From positions 1 to 55,042 of the IMG/VR virus record IMGVR_UViG_3300042908_001089: a DNA stretch of 55,042 nucleotides. One strand, written 5' to 3'. The position numbers and the translations under genes are program-made. This DNA comes from a virus (taxonomy: Duplodnaviria > Caudoviricetes). Positions 1 through 8,847 of the stretch are shown here, piece by piece; position 1 is the first letter of the stretch; the number at the start of each line of letters is the position of its first letter. The notes under the pieces are model-generated. The model was not told the DNA's origin. It was given only the letters and a program-made list of their open reading frames with translations, and ran no database searches.

Positions 1-34
1 CCGTATTAAAGCTTACTAGCAAGCTTTAATACGG
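1..34. repeat. Perfect 14-bp inverted repeat (hairpin, possible terminator) next to attP
   Basis: CCGTATTAAAGCTT-actagc-AAGCTTTAATACGG. Confidence 0.85.
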
Positions 35-53
35 TAACCCAAACGGTAACCCA
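33..53 (+). repeat. Putative integrase arm-type sites, left arm
   Basis: Tandem GGTAACCCA units (GGTAACCCAAACGGTAACCCA), repeated at 328-348 on the other side of the tRNA fragment. Confidence 0.75.
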
Positions 54-130
54 TAACTTAAACAGTTTGTAACATTTTTCATAAGTCTATATAAGAAAAG
101 AACTTGCGTTAGTAAAATGAACGTCAACAA

Positions 131-176
131 CTTGCCTCTGGAGCAGTTCGTCTAGGTTCGAATCCTAGTTCCCCAG
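131..176 (+). tRNA. 3' half of tRNA-Gln(CTG); attP identity segment, not a complete tRNA
   Basis: Anticodon loop CTCTGGA, T-arm CTAGG-TTCGAAT-CCTAG, acceptor 3' strand TTCCCCAG; no matching TGGGGAA 5' strand or D-arm upstream; about 190 bp before the integrase. Confidence 0.88.
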
Positions 177-327
177 TTTTATCTAACGCAAATCTTTTCT
201 TTTCTTATACCTTTAAACCCCTTTAAAACAAGCGTTTAACTCACATTCGATAGTCTTTAAACAAAACCTTGGCATTACCCTTTAGAAGTCCCATAATAGC
301 CATTAAGGGACAAGATTACCCCAGTAA

Positions 328-350
328 GGTAACCCAAACGGTAACCCAAA
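328..350 (+). repeat. Putative integrase arm-type sites, right arm
   Basis: GGTAACCCAAACGGTAACCCAAA, direct repeat of 33-53. Confidence 0.75.
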
Positions 351-361
351 GAGATGTAATA

Positions 362-1600
362 ATGGCATACATAGAACGAGTAATAAAGGCTCGGTGGATA
401 TTAAAGGGGAAAAGAGTACTGGCTAACACTCCGGGGGCAAAGAAGGTCTTAGAAAAGTCTCCGTTTTACTGCCTTGTTATTTGTTTACCTGGTCAAACAA
501 AACAGAAACGTATTTTAAAAGGTATTACTTCTAAAGAAGCAGCTTACCTTTATCTGCAACGGTATAACAAACAACAAGAAAACAAAAGTCTTGGTCTTCC
601 CTCTTTAAGGCCTGACTCTGAACACCATAAGATTGAAGCTTTGCTTGAATTATTTCTTAAAGGGTTTAAACGCGAGAGTCGAAGTGAGAAGCATGTCAAG
701 GCTGTAGGCTACCTGTTAAAAGATTTCTTTCGCCATCCTTCCTTCACCTTTCTTTCAGAGATCAACACTAATAAAGTTTTTGATTTATTAGATAAAAAAG
801 AATCAAAAACCGGAAATATTTGGTCGGCCACAACGAAGAATAAGTGTAGAAGATACTTGCAACTATTTGGGCAATGGTGCAAGAAAGAAGGTTGTTGGTT
901 AAAGAACAAGTTTAAAGCTATAGAAAGCTTTCGCGGGATAAAGGTAAAGGCTCGCAGACCTTTAACTATACTTCAAATCAAAAAGCTCATTCGAGCCACT
1001 ACCCTCCGACCTTTTTTTCAACGCAGTAGGACAGGTAAACTTCTTGGTAGAAGCTTTACTCCTAAGTACACTACTTACTTAAAGAACAAATCCCGTTGTC
1101 GAGCCTTACTTTACTACTACTTGTTTACTAGTGTGTCTCGTATAGGAGCTGCTTTAACACTTACCCCTCAAGATTTAGAGCTAGATGGGCCTTACCCTTG
1201 TGCTAACTTTGCAGCAGACAAGGTAAAGAAACGAAAAATTTTATCTAAACCTATACCTGTTAGTATGGCAACGCTTTTAAAACGCTGGATTAAAGAGCAT
1301 AAGATTAAAGCTAAAAGTAAAATTTTTGATTTAGGAAGAACTTTAACCCGTGATTTTCATAAAGACTTAGCATTTGCAAATATACCTAGACGCTACCCTG
1401 ACGGAAGCAGTATAGACATTCACGCTTTAAAGACTTCCGCCATTAGTTTTTTAGGGCAGAACGGTGTAGAAGGAAAGCTGTTACAAGACATTGGAGAACA
1501 TGATCAATTGTCTACTACTCATTCCCACTACCTTAGATTGAAGCCGGAGCAATACCAAGGAGTGGCTACGCTCTTTGAAAGCAAATTGTTTAAGCTTTAA
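362..1600 (+). CDS. int: Tyrosine recombinase / phage integrase
   Basis: Box I SRIGA (Arg), box II DIHALK..IGEH..TTHSHY (His, Tyr), adjacent att site. ATG at 362 preferred over the 269 start, which overlaps the att arm. Confidence 0.92.
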   Translation: MAYIERVIKARWILKGKRVLANTPGAKKVLEKSPFYCLVICLPGQTKQKRILKGITSKEAAYLYLQRYNKQQENKSLGLPSLRPDSEHHKIEALLELFLKGFKRESRSEKHVKAVGYLLKDFFRHPSFTFLSEINTNKVFDLLDKKESKTGNIWSATTKNKCRRYLQLFGQWCKKEGCWLKNKFKAIESFRGIKVKARRPLTILQIKKLIRATTLRPFFQRSRTGKLLGRSFTPKYTTYLKNKSRCRALLYYYLFTSVSRIGAALTLTPQDLELDGPYPCANFAADKVKKRKILSKPIPVSMATLLKRWIKEHKIKAKSKIFDLGRTLTRDFHKDLAFANIPRRYPDGSSIDIHALKTSAISFLGQNGVEGKLLQDIGEHDQLSTTHSHYLRLKPEQYQGVATLFESKLFKL

Positions 1601-2225
1601 CTTTTGTAATTTTGATTGTAGTTTGGCTTTCTGTTTTCCTACGGTCATCAAGAATTTCTAGATCGTTAAACCCATTTTTGTTTAAGACCTTATTCAAATA
1701 AGAAACCGGATATAACTTTTTATCTACAGTCCCTTCTATATCATTTGCAGAAGATATAAAAATAGAAGCAATGCAAATGGAATCGTTATGCATGATTAGA
1801 CTTAAATTCTTAATCAGATCAATTGTATCTTCGGGCTCTAAGTGAGTAATAACACTCCATAAACCTAAGTAGTCAAAAGTTAAGTTAGGGTAGTAATCTT
1901 TAAATTTAAAGTTTTCGTTTAGAGTTAAATGAATTGGTTTCTTAGCTCGTTCTTTAGCTGCGTCTAGTAAGTCTTTAGAAAGGTCTAATCCGTAGAAATG
2001 ATTATCATTAAGGTAAAGATGAGTTAAATACCCGCCTCTTAAGCATCCACACCCTATATCTAAAAAAGTATGATAAGGAAGAAGACCTTGAGCAAGGTAT
2101 GTATTGTATTGATACATAGCATTGCTTTCTTCTGCACCTCCAACTAAGTTCATAGGGGATATGTACCCCTCTTTGTTGTGAGTGCTAGTAGACCAATGTC
2201 TTTTATAAATTTTCCAAAAGCTCAT
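1590..2225 (-). CDS. Class I SAM-dependent methyltransferase
   Basis: FLDIGCGCLRGG motif I, YGLDLS, FDY...SVITHL. Confidence 0.88.
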   Translation of the reverse strand: MSFWKIYKRHWSTSTHNKEGYISPMNLVGGAEESNAMYQYNTYLAQGLLPYHTFLDIGCGCLRGGYLTHLYLNDNHFYGLDLSKDLLDAAKERAKKPIHLTLNENFKFKDYYPNLTFDYLGLWSVITHLEPEDTIDLIKNLSLIMHNDSICIASIFISSANDIEGTVDKKLYPVSYLNKVLNKNGFNDLEILDDRRKTESQTTIKITKVKA

Positions 2226-2581
2226 AATTTGTTTAACTTCAAAAAGGATTTTAAAATATTGTAGGTTCGTTCATCGGGGGTAGGTTCGGTTTGTAAAGTT
2301 GCAATTGGGGCGGAGGTTAAGGTCACGGTGTAGGATGGTAATTCTTCTTCTGTAGTTTGTTCTATGTTAGTAAGGGTAAGGTTTTTGTTTTCTACTTTCC
2401 ACAGAGCGTTTCCATTTTTGACCCATCCGTATTTCCAAAGATCAAACAAAGAGCGATAGTAAATTTTAACTTCAAGCGGGGTTCGGATTATCTCTGCAAG
2501 GGAGGTAAACATATCCGTTACCTTTGTTCCAGGTTGCAAGGTAACATCAGCTTTAAAGTAATCGCCAAGAGCTTCTTTCAT
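2222..2581 (-). CDS. Hypothetical protein
   Basis: 119-aa ORF overlapping the methyltransferase start (ATGA). Confidence 0.6.
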   Translation of the reverse strand: MKEALGDYFKADVTLQPGTKVTDMFTSLAEIIRTPLEVKIYYRSLFDLWKYGWVKNGNALWKVENKNLTLTNIEQTTEEELPSYTVTLTSAPIATLQTEPTPDERTYNILKSFLKLNKL

Positions 2582-2590
2582 ATTAATACA

Positions 2591-2637
2591 TAAAGCTTTT
2601 AGATCAATCTTGTTTAAAGTTCAACCTAAAAGCTTTA
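2591..2637. repeat. Intergenic 12-bp inverted repeat
   Basis: TAAAGCTTTTAG ... CTAAAAGCTTTA. Confidence 0.6.
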
Positions 2638-2650
2638 AGTCCTTATCTAA

Positions 2651-2860
2651 TTAACGACAAGATTTGCAAGACTTTGAAATTCTGTTACACCTCAAAGAAC
2701 GCTTCCTTGAGTGATTGCAAGTTTTTGTTTCTACCGTTTTAGTGATAGTAACTTCCTTGCTTACTGAAGAAGAACACCAACCTGAAATGCAAGACTTACC
2801 TTGAACTAAGTCTGCGGGTTCTCCTGCCATCAACGCCACCGAAATCAAAACTGAAATCAT
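2651..2860 (-). CDS. Small Cys-rich protein with hydrophobic N-terminus
   Basis: AAGGAG RBS, MISVLISVALMAG leader, CISGWC, basic tail. Confidence 0.65.
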   Translation of the reverse strand: MISVLISVALMAGEPADLVQGKSCISGWCSSSVSKEVTITKTVETKTCNHSRKRSLRCNRISKSCKSCR

Positions 2861-2891
2861 ACCTAACTCCTTTTACACGGCTGGGGTAAAG

Positions 2892-3242
2892 TTACCTTGT
2901 CACTCTTTCTTGAATGACTTGAATATAAGAAATAATTTTTTCCTCAGAGTTTGTTATTTTCTGTAAACAAGTTTCAATATTTTTTTGCACCTTTTCTATA
3001 TCTTCTAATCTTGTAAAAGTTGTTTTTTGAACGTCTATTAAATCTTGGCTTACTTTATTTGCAGTTTTTAAACTAGCTTCTACGCTTTTTAAAAATTCAA
3101 TATGCTTAGTAGTCACAGGAATTAAAATGTATTCGCCAAGCCATATAAGACTTTTGTATGAACACCACGCGAAAGCTAACAAAATAGACACAGGAAGGCC
3201 AACTGTTTCTAGAAAGGGCACCCACTCTTGTAAAGATTCCAC
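2892..3242 (-). CDS. Holin-like membrane protein (TM plus coiled coil), paralogue of 3892-4155
   Basis: LETVGLP..LL..W.S..W...ILIPVT.KHIEFL, GGAG RBS. Confidence 0.6.
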   Translation of the reverse strand: MESLQEWVPFLETVGLPVSILLAFAWCSYKSLIWLGEYILIPVTTKHIEFLKSVEASLKTANKVSQDLIDVQKTTFTRLEDIEKVQKNIETCLQKITNSEEKIISYIQVIQERVTR

Positions 3243-3244
3243 AA

Positions 3245-3565
3245 TCAGCTCCTTCGTCCAAATGGTCTTCTTAGTATTTTTTCTGCAAAGATCCTTGCAT
3301 CTTCCCTTATTGAAGGGTTATAAGATTTCCAATTAAGAAGATGGCCCCACACAAAATGACAATTACAAGGCCCTTCGCAAAGAGTTATTAAGTTATGGGG
3401 GCAAAGTTCTAAATCTTTGTCAAGGTGTACTGGGATACAATGATGTACTTCTAAATACTTTGTAATCCCGCATACCATGCAAGCAGGATGAAGTTTAATA
3501 AAATCGTTTCGTACTTTAGTCCAAGACCCGGATCGTTTGAACCGGGGCTTTTGATTATAATACAT
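3245..3565 (-). CDS. HNH endonuclease (small phage type)
   Basis: CMVCG..LEVHHCIP...NLITLC..CH. Confidence 0.9.
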   Translation of the reverse strand: MYYNQKPRFKRSGSWTKVRNDFIKLHPACMVCGITKYLEVHHCIPVHLDKDLELCPHNLITLCEGPCNCHFVWGHLLNWKSYNPSIREDARIFAEKILRRPFGRRS

Positions 3566-3899
3566 TAATAATAAACTTTGTGATTAGTTTAACCACTATC
3601 AACAAAACTACACTACTAAATTGAACGGGAGCTTTTCCTTCTACATTCAAAACAGAAGTAGATAAATGGGTCTCAAGGTAATCTGCTGCTTGTTCTTCAG
3701 TTTCAATCGAGATATTGTTAGCTTGTTCGTAAGCTTCTAAAATTCGGTCAGGGCTGTTTAAGCTAATCTGCGAAAGAGCAAACCCTAAAAGATTCCATGA
3801 AGCTAAAATTACAGAATTCCAATCGTTAGCTTTACCTCTAAGGCGATCTACGATTACAAGAAGGGCATCAGTAGGTAAACTGTCAGGGTAATTAATCAT
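3555..3899 (-). CDS. Hypothetical membrane protein in putative lysis cluster
   Basis: 114-aa ORF with hydrophobic C-terminus, overlaps both neighbours. Confidence 0.65.
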   Translation of the reverse strand: MINYPDSLPTDALLVIVDRLRGKANDWNSVILASWNLLGFALSQISLNSPDRILEAYEQANNISIETEEQAADYLETHLSTSVLNVEGKAPVQFSSVVLLIVVKLITKFIINVL

Positions 3900-4155
3900 T
3901 TAAAATATTCTCCTTAGGGTTTAAACAAACAATCTTTGTCACCATACGCTGTTGACACTCTGCAATTTTTTGAATTGCTGTATCAATTTGATCGAAATTT
4001 TTTTCTAGTTTGTCTAAGAAAGAAATGTGTCTTTCTGTTAAGGGCAAAAGAATATTTGAGCTTGCCCAGACAAAACTCTTCCACAACCCAATAAGCAATA
4101 AGACTAAAATAAAACCTGGCAAACCTATCTTTTCCAAGGTTGTAAACCAATCCAT
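3892..4155 (-). CDS. Holin-like membrane protein (87 aa)
   Basis: Start moved to ATG 4155 (MDWFTTLEKIGLPGFILVLLLIGLW); single TM followed by an amphipathic helix. Confidence 0.6.
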   Translation of the reverse strand: MDWFTTLEKIGLPGFILVLLLIGLWKSFVWASSNILLPLTERHISFLDKLEKNFDQIDTAIQKIAECQQRMVTKIVCLNPKENILND

Positions 4156-4168
4156 AGGATACCCCTTA

Positions 4169-5173
4169 TTAAAAGTTCCAAGAAATCTTTTGTGCAGGGA
4201 AGCCTTGGAATTGAGATAGGGCGAACACTTCATCTCTACAGATGAAATCCATTTCTCTTTTCTTAATCCAAAACCCACCTTGAGGTTCGTTGTAATATCC
4301 TGCTGGGACTCCGTGAAGTGCTTTGCCCCAACTATTAAGAATGTAAAAAAGGTCTCCATGCTCAGGATGATCTAACCATCCAATGCAACACATTTGATGT
4401 CCCCATGAATCGTTTCTTCGTTGAACAACTCGTACTGGAGGAGTTCCAGAAACCTCGGGAGTCATAGGACTAAACCCAAACATAGAAGCACAAGTTAAAG
4501 GATAGTAGTTTCTTAAAGCAGCTTTTGCTTCTTCGGCTGTTCGTATTCTTGCGGTAGTTTTTACTAAGTGTTTGCGACTAAGCTCTAACCACTTAGAAGG
4601 AATAATGCTTCCTTTAGACCAATGTAACTCGGCTTCGGCTCCCCAAGTCAAACCATCTTTATCTACAGGCTGAGGTAAGCCTTCAAGATTAAAAGGAATT
4701 ACACCATCTTCAGCAATAGCTTTAGCTGCAGCAGAACCAAATGAACCTTCTCCATGGTTATCCATGTCTGCGTATAATCTAGATCGTCCGTAAGGTAACA
4801 ACCAAAACGGAAGAATGACTTGCTCAGGATCTTGTAAGCGATGAACTTCCACCGCGGATAAATACCATAAGGCTTGACCCAGCCCGTTACCTACGCAAGA
4901 GCCTGTTTGTTGGTGAAACACCGTAAAGTGTTTTCCTCCGTTAGCCTTTAAAGCAAAGTCCCATAAGAACGCTCGGTCTTTAGGTTCTTCTTCTCCTTCA
5001 ATAGCAAAGACTGGCATAGCTTTTTGATAGCTAGCGTCTTGTTCTTTTTGCTGTTCTGAACGCTGCTCAGGCGGAACCCAACCAAAGTTCCAATGGCTGT
5101 CTGCACCCATTATAGAAATGCGACCTCCAACACTTTTCAATTTGTCATACTCTTCGTTTGTATAAGAACTCAA
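4169..5173 (-). CDS. Papain-like (C1) cysteine peptidase
   Basis: QQTGSCVG (Gln/Cys), WGHQMCCIGW (His), YILNSWG (Asn). Confidence 0.9.
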   Translation of the reverse strand: MSSYTNEEYDKLKSVGGRISIMGADSHWNFGWVPPEQRSEQQKEQDASYQKAMPVFAIEGEEEPKDRAFLWDFALKANGGKHFTVFHQQTGSCVGNGLGQALWYLSAVEVHRLQDPEQVILPFWLLPYGRSRLYADMDNHGEGSFGSAAAKAIAEDGVIPFNLEGLPQPVDKDGLTWGAEAELHWSKGSIIPSKWLELSRKHLVKTTARIRTAEEAKAALRNYYPLTCASMFGFSPMTPEVSGTPPVRVVQRRNDSWGHQMCCIGWLDHPEHGDLFYILNSWGKALHGVPAGYYNEPQGGFWIKKREMDFICRDEVFALSQFQGFPAQKISWNF

Positions 5174-5174
5174 G

Positions 5175-5861
5175 TTATTCCCCTATTTTATCTAAGGTTG
5201 TTTTCATCTCACTAAATACAGAAAAGCATAAATCTCTGGTCTTTTGATCTAAAGCTTGATTGGCAAGCCGAGGCAAAGTTTCATCCATGTATAGATTTAA
5301 ATCTGCTCGTAAATCTTTTAATCCGTTTTCTTCTAAAAGCTTAGATGAAATCTCTGATCCTTTTTTAAAAAGCTCACCAATGGTAAGAATGATAGGATCT
5401 TGACTTAAGGTCTGAAGCTGGGCAAAGAGCTTTTGTAATTGTTCTAATTGTTTTTTCTTGTTTGGGTTTTGATCTTTTTGATAAAAAGGTTTAAATCGTT
5501 TTTCTAATACTGTAGGTTCTACAGGTACAGGTATAGGAGTCGGAACAAAATCATTAGGCTCAATAGTTATAACGCAAAGAGAAGCAGGGGTTGGCTTGCC
5601 GTCTTTAGCTGTCCAAGCTAGAACGCGATACTTACCTGGGTTTAAGGTAAAGAGTATTGCGGTCTTTTTATCTTTGAGCAAATCAAAGGGAAGAAACTGG
5701 ATGCCAGGATCAATAATATACCATTCTACGTCAGATGCAGATTTAGAATTAATCTGAACAAAATCGCCTACTTTAGCCTTTACCTCTTTAGGTAAGTCTA
5801 GATCTAAACCAAAAGCAAAGAGGGGGAACAAGCCTATTAAAACCAAGGAAAAAAGTTTCAT
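5175..5861 (-). CDS. Exported protein (signal peptide, beta domain, Pro-rich linker, helical domain)
   Basis: AAGGAG RBS before MKLFSLVLIGLFPLFAFG; PTPIPVPVEP linker. Confidence 0.7.
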   Translation of the reverse strand: MKLFSLVLIGLFPLFAFGLDLDLPKEVKAKVGDFVQINSKSASDVEWYIIDPGIQFLPFDLLKDKKTAILFTLNPGKYRVLAWTAKDGKPTPASLCVITIEPNDFVPTPIPVPVEPTVLEKRFKPFYQKDQNPNKKKQLEQLQKLFAQLQTLSQDPIILTIGELFKKGSEISSKLLEENGLKDLRADLNLYMDETLPRLANQALDQKTRDLCFSVFSEMKTTLDKIGE

Positions 5862-5925
5862 AAGTCTCTCCTTTAGAAAGCTTATGCTAAACGAACCTTT
5901 GATTTTACTCAACTAGGGCAACAGA

Positions 5926-6150
5926 CTATGTAGGTGTTACTTTTTCAATGTGTTCTTGAATTAATTCTGTAAGGTCTTTAAATATACTTCCAAGCTCTGA
6001 GTCTACTTCAATCATGATATTATGATGAACTTCTTGACCTTCTACTAAGTAAGATGTGTCAATGTTATAGCTTGGCTTAAGTTCTCCATTATGACCGTAA
6101 GGAAATTGCAATACTGTCAAATAGTTTATTGCCATATCGTAATCCTGCAT
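5926..6150 (-). CDS. Hypothetical protein
   Basis: 74-aa ORF tightly packed in the operon. Confidence 0.55.
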   Translation of the reverse strand: MQDYDMAINYLTVLQFPYGHNGELKPSYNIDTSYLVEGQEVHHNIMIEVDSELGSIFKDLTELIQEHIEKVTPT

Positions 6151-6152
6151 CC

Positions 6153-6695
6153 TTATATAATTTCGTTTACTTCTTCTATGGTTGTTGCTGTTTCTACATC
6201 TCTTCGTTTTGCTGCAAAATCTTCTGACATCTGCGATCTTGATGCACCATATCTTAGTAGCAAAAGAGTCATTTCATCTATAGTTGAAAAATTAACTACA
6301 GAATTATTCATGGCTATAATTGACGGAATAGGAAGACCCATCGCTGCTGCTTCTTTAGCCAAAGAAAATACCCCTACCAATAAGGCCACATCAGAAGAAG
6401 CAATACCTAAGTTAAAACCTTGGCCAGAGTCCCAACCAGTTTTTTCTACGGATGTCCATTCACTGTTTAGTTCTTGTATCTTTCTTGCTTTAGCTTGTGA
6501 TAGCTCATCGGGTGCAGCATCTGGAATGTAATTCCATGCTTTATCAATTAAGCCAGTAATAAGCAGACCTTCTGACGAGTTAAGGTCTACAGGCATTTTT
6601 ATGTTTTTACTTACATTGTTTTCATCTGTGGCCATCAGCGTAAACTGATAATTATCATCACTAACGATTGCATTCAAACTAATATGAGTAAGCAT
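6153..6695 (-). CDS. Tail fibre assembly-associated protein (DUF4376-like, tentative)
   Basis: Follows the collar-domain fibre; AKARKIQEL... and ATTIEEVNEI C-terminus typical of fibre chaperones. Confidence 0.55.
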   Translation of the reverse strand: MLTHISLNAIVSDDNYQFTLMATDENNVSKNIKMPVDLNSSEGLLITGLIDKAWNYIPDAAPDELSQAKARKIQELNSEWTSVEKTGWDSGQGFNLGIASSDVALLVGVFSLAKEAAAMGLPIPSIIAMNNSVVNFSTIDEMTLLLLRYGASRSQMSEDFAAKRRDVETATTIEEVNEII

Positions 6696-6704
6696 GATTT
6701 TTTC

Positions 6705-7460
6705 CTAAATCTTGATTAAGTAATTAACAACAACACATGGGGGTATTATAGCATGGCGACTATTGCTACCAGCAGAAGCATTAGATATTGATGGTGTAAA
6801 TGTATGTGTGTGGTCTAAAGATGCCGAATTATTAATCCCAATATTCTGCAAAGCAATATTAGAACCACCACCAGTAAATGTATATGGGGCAGATCCGCTA
6901 TTAGTCCAAGCTGCTCGATCAACAGAGTGATTATGAACCGTGTTTGCACTCATACCACTAGTAGTTCCACCGCTAACTGTATTTGCATGAGTATGACTGG
7001 CTAACTCTGCGGTAGTTAATAGATGCGTTTCTTCGCCAAACCAAGCACCTAAAGCTCTTGCGGTCATGGCCGTTCCAGAGGTCACACCCGTTCCAGAAGC
7101 ATTTAAACCTACGCCAGTTCCTGACCCCATTGGCAATCTACCTCTAAGGTCAGGTAGGTTAAATGTGGTAGACCCATTCCCAGTGCCGTAGGTTGTTCCA
7201 ATAGCAGAAAATAAGGAACTATAAGTAGTTCTTGATATTGCATCGCCATTAGCGAGTAACCAACCGCTAGGTGCTGTAGTTGTGACAACTCCCGCACTCA
7301 CTGTTTGAGTAGCTGTACCGGCATACATCTGCATCGAGCCAGCAGGTAATGCAGAAATAACTGTACCACCCACCCATGCCGTACCACTATAAACCCAAAC
7401 CTTATTATTATAAGTGTAGGTCTGGTTGATGGTTGGTGATGAAGGAAAATCTATTGGCAT
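6705..7460 (-). CDS. Tail fibre protein with phage tail-collar domain
   Basis: PAGSMQMYAG..APSGWLLANGDAISRTTYSSLFSAIGTTYG.G.GSTTFNLPDLRGR, H-x-H motifs, NYLIKI end. Confidence 0.9.
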   Translation of the reverse strand: MPIDFPSSPTINQTYTYNNKVWVYSGTAWVGGTVISALPAGSMQMYAGTATQTVSAGVVTTTAPSGWLLANGDAISRTTYSSLFSAIGTTYGTGNGSTTFNLPDLRGRLPMGSGTGVGLNASGTGVTSGTAMTARALGAWFGEETHLLTTAELASHTHANTVSGGTTSGMSANTVHNHSVDRAAWTNSGSAPYTFTGGGSNIALQNIGINNSASLDHTHTFTPSISNASAGSNSRHAIIPPCVVVNYLIKI

Positions 7461-7467
7461 AACTTCC

Positions 7468-7824
7468 TCAAGAGTTAAGTAATTTTCGGATTGCTTTAAT
7501 TTCTGCTTTAGTTAAAAAAGAATCTTCTTGCTCTTTATCACGCTGCTCCTTATCCGCTTTGCGTTTCGATTTTTCCTCTGGAGTGATGTCCTTGACTTTG
7601 GTTTTCACTACCCATTTACCTTTAACTTTTTTCGGTGCTTCAACTTCTGTGTCTTGCGTGAGGTAGTCGATTGGCGGTGTGCCCTCTATTTCAACAAGAA
7701 CATAAGTGTTACCTTCAATCTCCCCGCCATGCCAGCCTTCTGCAAAGGAGGTGTTTGGGTGGTTCTGGTGTGGATAGGATGGAAACTCTAAGACTGTATC
7801 ACCGTTTATTTTTGCGTACTGCAT
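7468..7824 (-). CDS. Hypothetical tail-fibre-associated protein
   Basis: FPSY..HPNTSF motif, located among fibre genes. Confidence 0.55.
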   Translation of the reverse strand: MQYAKINGDTVLEFPSYPHQNHPNTSFAEGWHGGEIEGNTYVLVEIEGTPPIDYLTQDTEVEAPKKVKGKWVVKTKVKDITPEEKSKRKADKEQRDKEQEDSFLTKAEIKAIRKLLNS

Positions 7825-7827
7825 GGG

Positions 7828-8847
7828 TTAGCTCCTATTAAAGATTGAGATGGTGTTGCTGTTTGGATTAACTGTGTAAACATTCGCATTATCGGTAGAG
7901 ATGCAGACCATCCTAGGAGATGAACCCGCAGCTATGGTTCCGGCTGAAGTTAAACCTCCAGTAACAATGTTTCTGGTATACATTTTAAGATGGTTGTCTG
8001 TCTGGCTAGACTCATAAACACTTTTCCCATCTTGGCTAATGGCTATACCTTCTGGGTATTGTCCTCCTGCAATGGTATTAGTGCCACTTAAAGCCCCAGT
8101 GCCCGTATTTCTAGTAAATATTGAAATAGTCGAATTATTATAATTTGCTGTATAAACATTGGCACCATCCGCAGAAATGCAAATGTCATAAGGCCGTCCT
8201 GTTCCTGTGGAAATAGTGCTAGTGCCACTTAAAACCCCAGTGCCCGTGTTTCTAGTAAATATTGAAACTGACTTTGCTCCAAAACTATAATTTGCTGTAT
8301 AAACATTGGCACCATCCGCAGAAATGCAAATGCCAGAAGTGGTCTGTTGAGTAGCTATGGTTCCGAGGCTAGTCAACGCACCAGTACCAGTATTGCGACT
8401 ATACATTGAAACTGTGGAAGCAGAGTTATTTGCAACATAAACGCTAGTACCGTCTGCCGAAATGCAAATAAAGATAGGATTTGTTCCCGATGCAATCGTT
8501 CCACCAGATGTTAATGCCCCAGTGCTAGTATTGCGAGTATAGATTTGGACTGTGTTATTTGTATAATTTGTTGCATAAACTGATGTTCCGTCTGTGGAAA
8601 TACAAATTCCCCATGGATTTGTTCCCGATGCAATCGTTCCATCAGATGTTAATGCCCCAGTGCTAGTATTGCGAGTATAGATTTGGACTGTGGCATTACT
8701 ATAATTACATGCGTAAACTGATTTTCCGTCTGTGGAAACGCACACCCCTAGAGGATAAGATCCAGTCGCTATTGTGCCCGCTGCCGTCAACGCACCAGTA
8801 AACACTCGGCCCCTACTCACACCCATGATTTTTCTAGAGATTGGCAT
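7828..8847 (-). CDS. Beta-propeller protein (lactonase/YVTN-like), candidate receptor-binding protein
   Basis: About seven ~46-aa repeats P.GICIS.DG.SVY..N....V.IYTRNT.TGALT; start 8847 overlaps the upstream stop (TAATG). Confidence 0.85.
   Translation of the reverse strand: MPISRKIMGVSRGRVFTGALTAAGTIATGSYPLGVCVSTDGKSVYACNYSNATVQIYTRNTSTGALTSDGTIASGTNPWGICISTDGTSVYATNYTNNTVQIYTRNTSTGALTSGGTIASGTNPIFICISADGTSVYVANNSASTVSMYSRNTGTGALTSLGTIATQQTTSGICISADGANVYTANYSFGAKSVSIFTRNTGTGVLSGTSTISTGTGRPYDICISADGANVYTANYNNSTISIFTRNTGTGALSGTNTIAGGQYPEGIAISQDGKSVYESSQTDNHLKMYTRNIVTGGLTSAGTIAAGSSPRMVCISTDNANVYTVNPNSNTISIFNRS

Noticed and set aside
105-176. Complete functional tRNA-Gln gene
   Set aside because: No 5' acceptor strand or D-arm; only the 3' half is present, as expected for an att site
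269-361. N-terminal extension of the integrase in the ORF track
   Set aside because: TTG start; the extension merely translates the att arm repeats (VTQTVTQ)
4156-4359. 5' part of the 155-aa ORF
   Set aside because: Overlaps the peptidase gene; the paralogue alignment begins at ATG 4155
7828-8847. Diversity-generating retroelement TR/VR pair in the propeller repeats
   Set aside because: Both copies are in-frame blades of one gene, and no reverse transcriptase is present in the window
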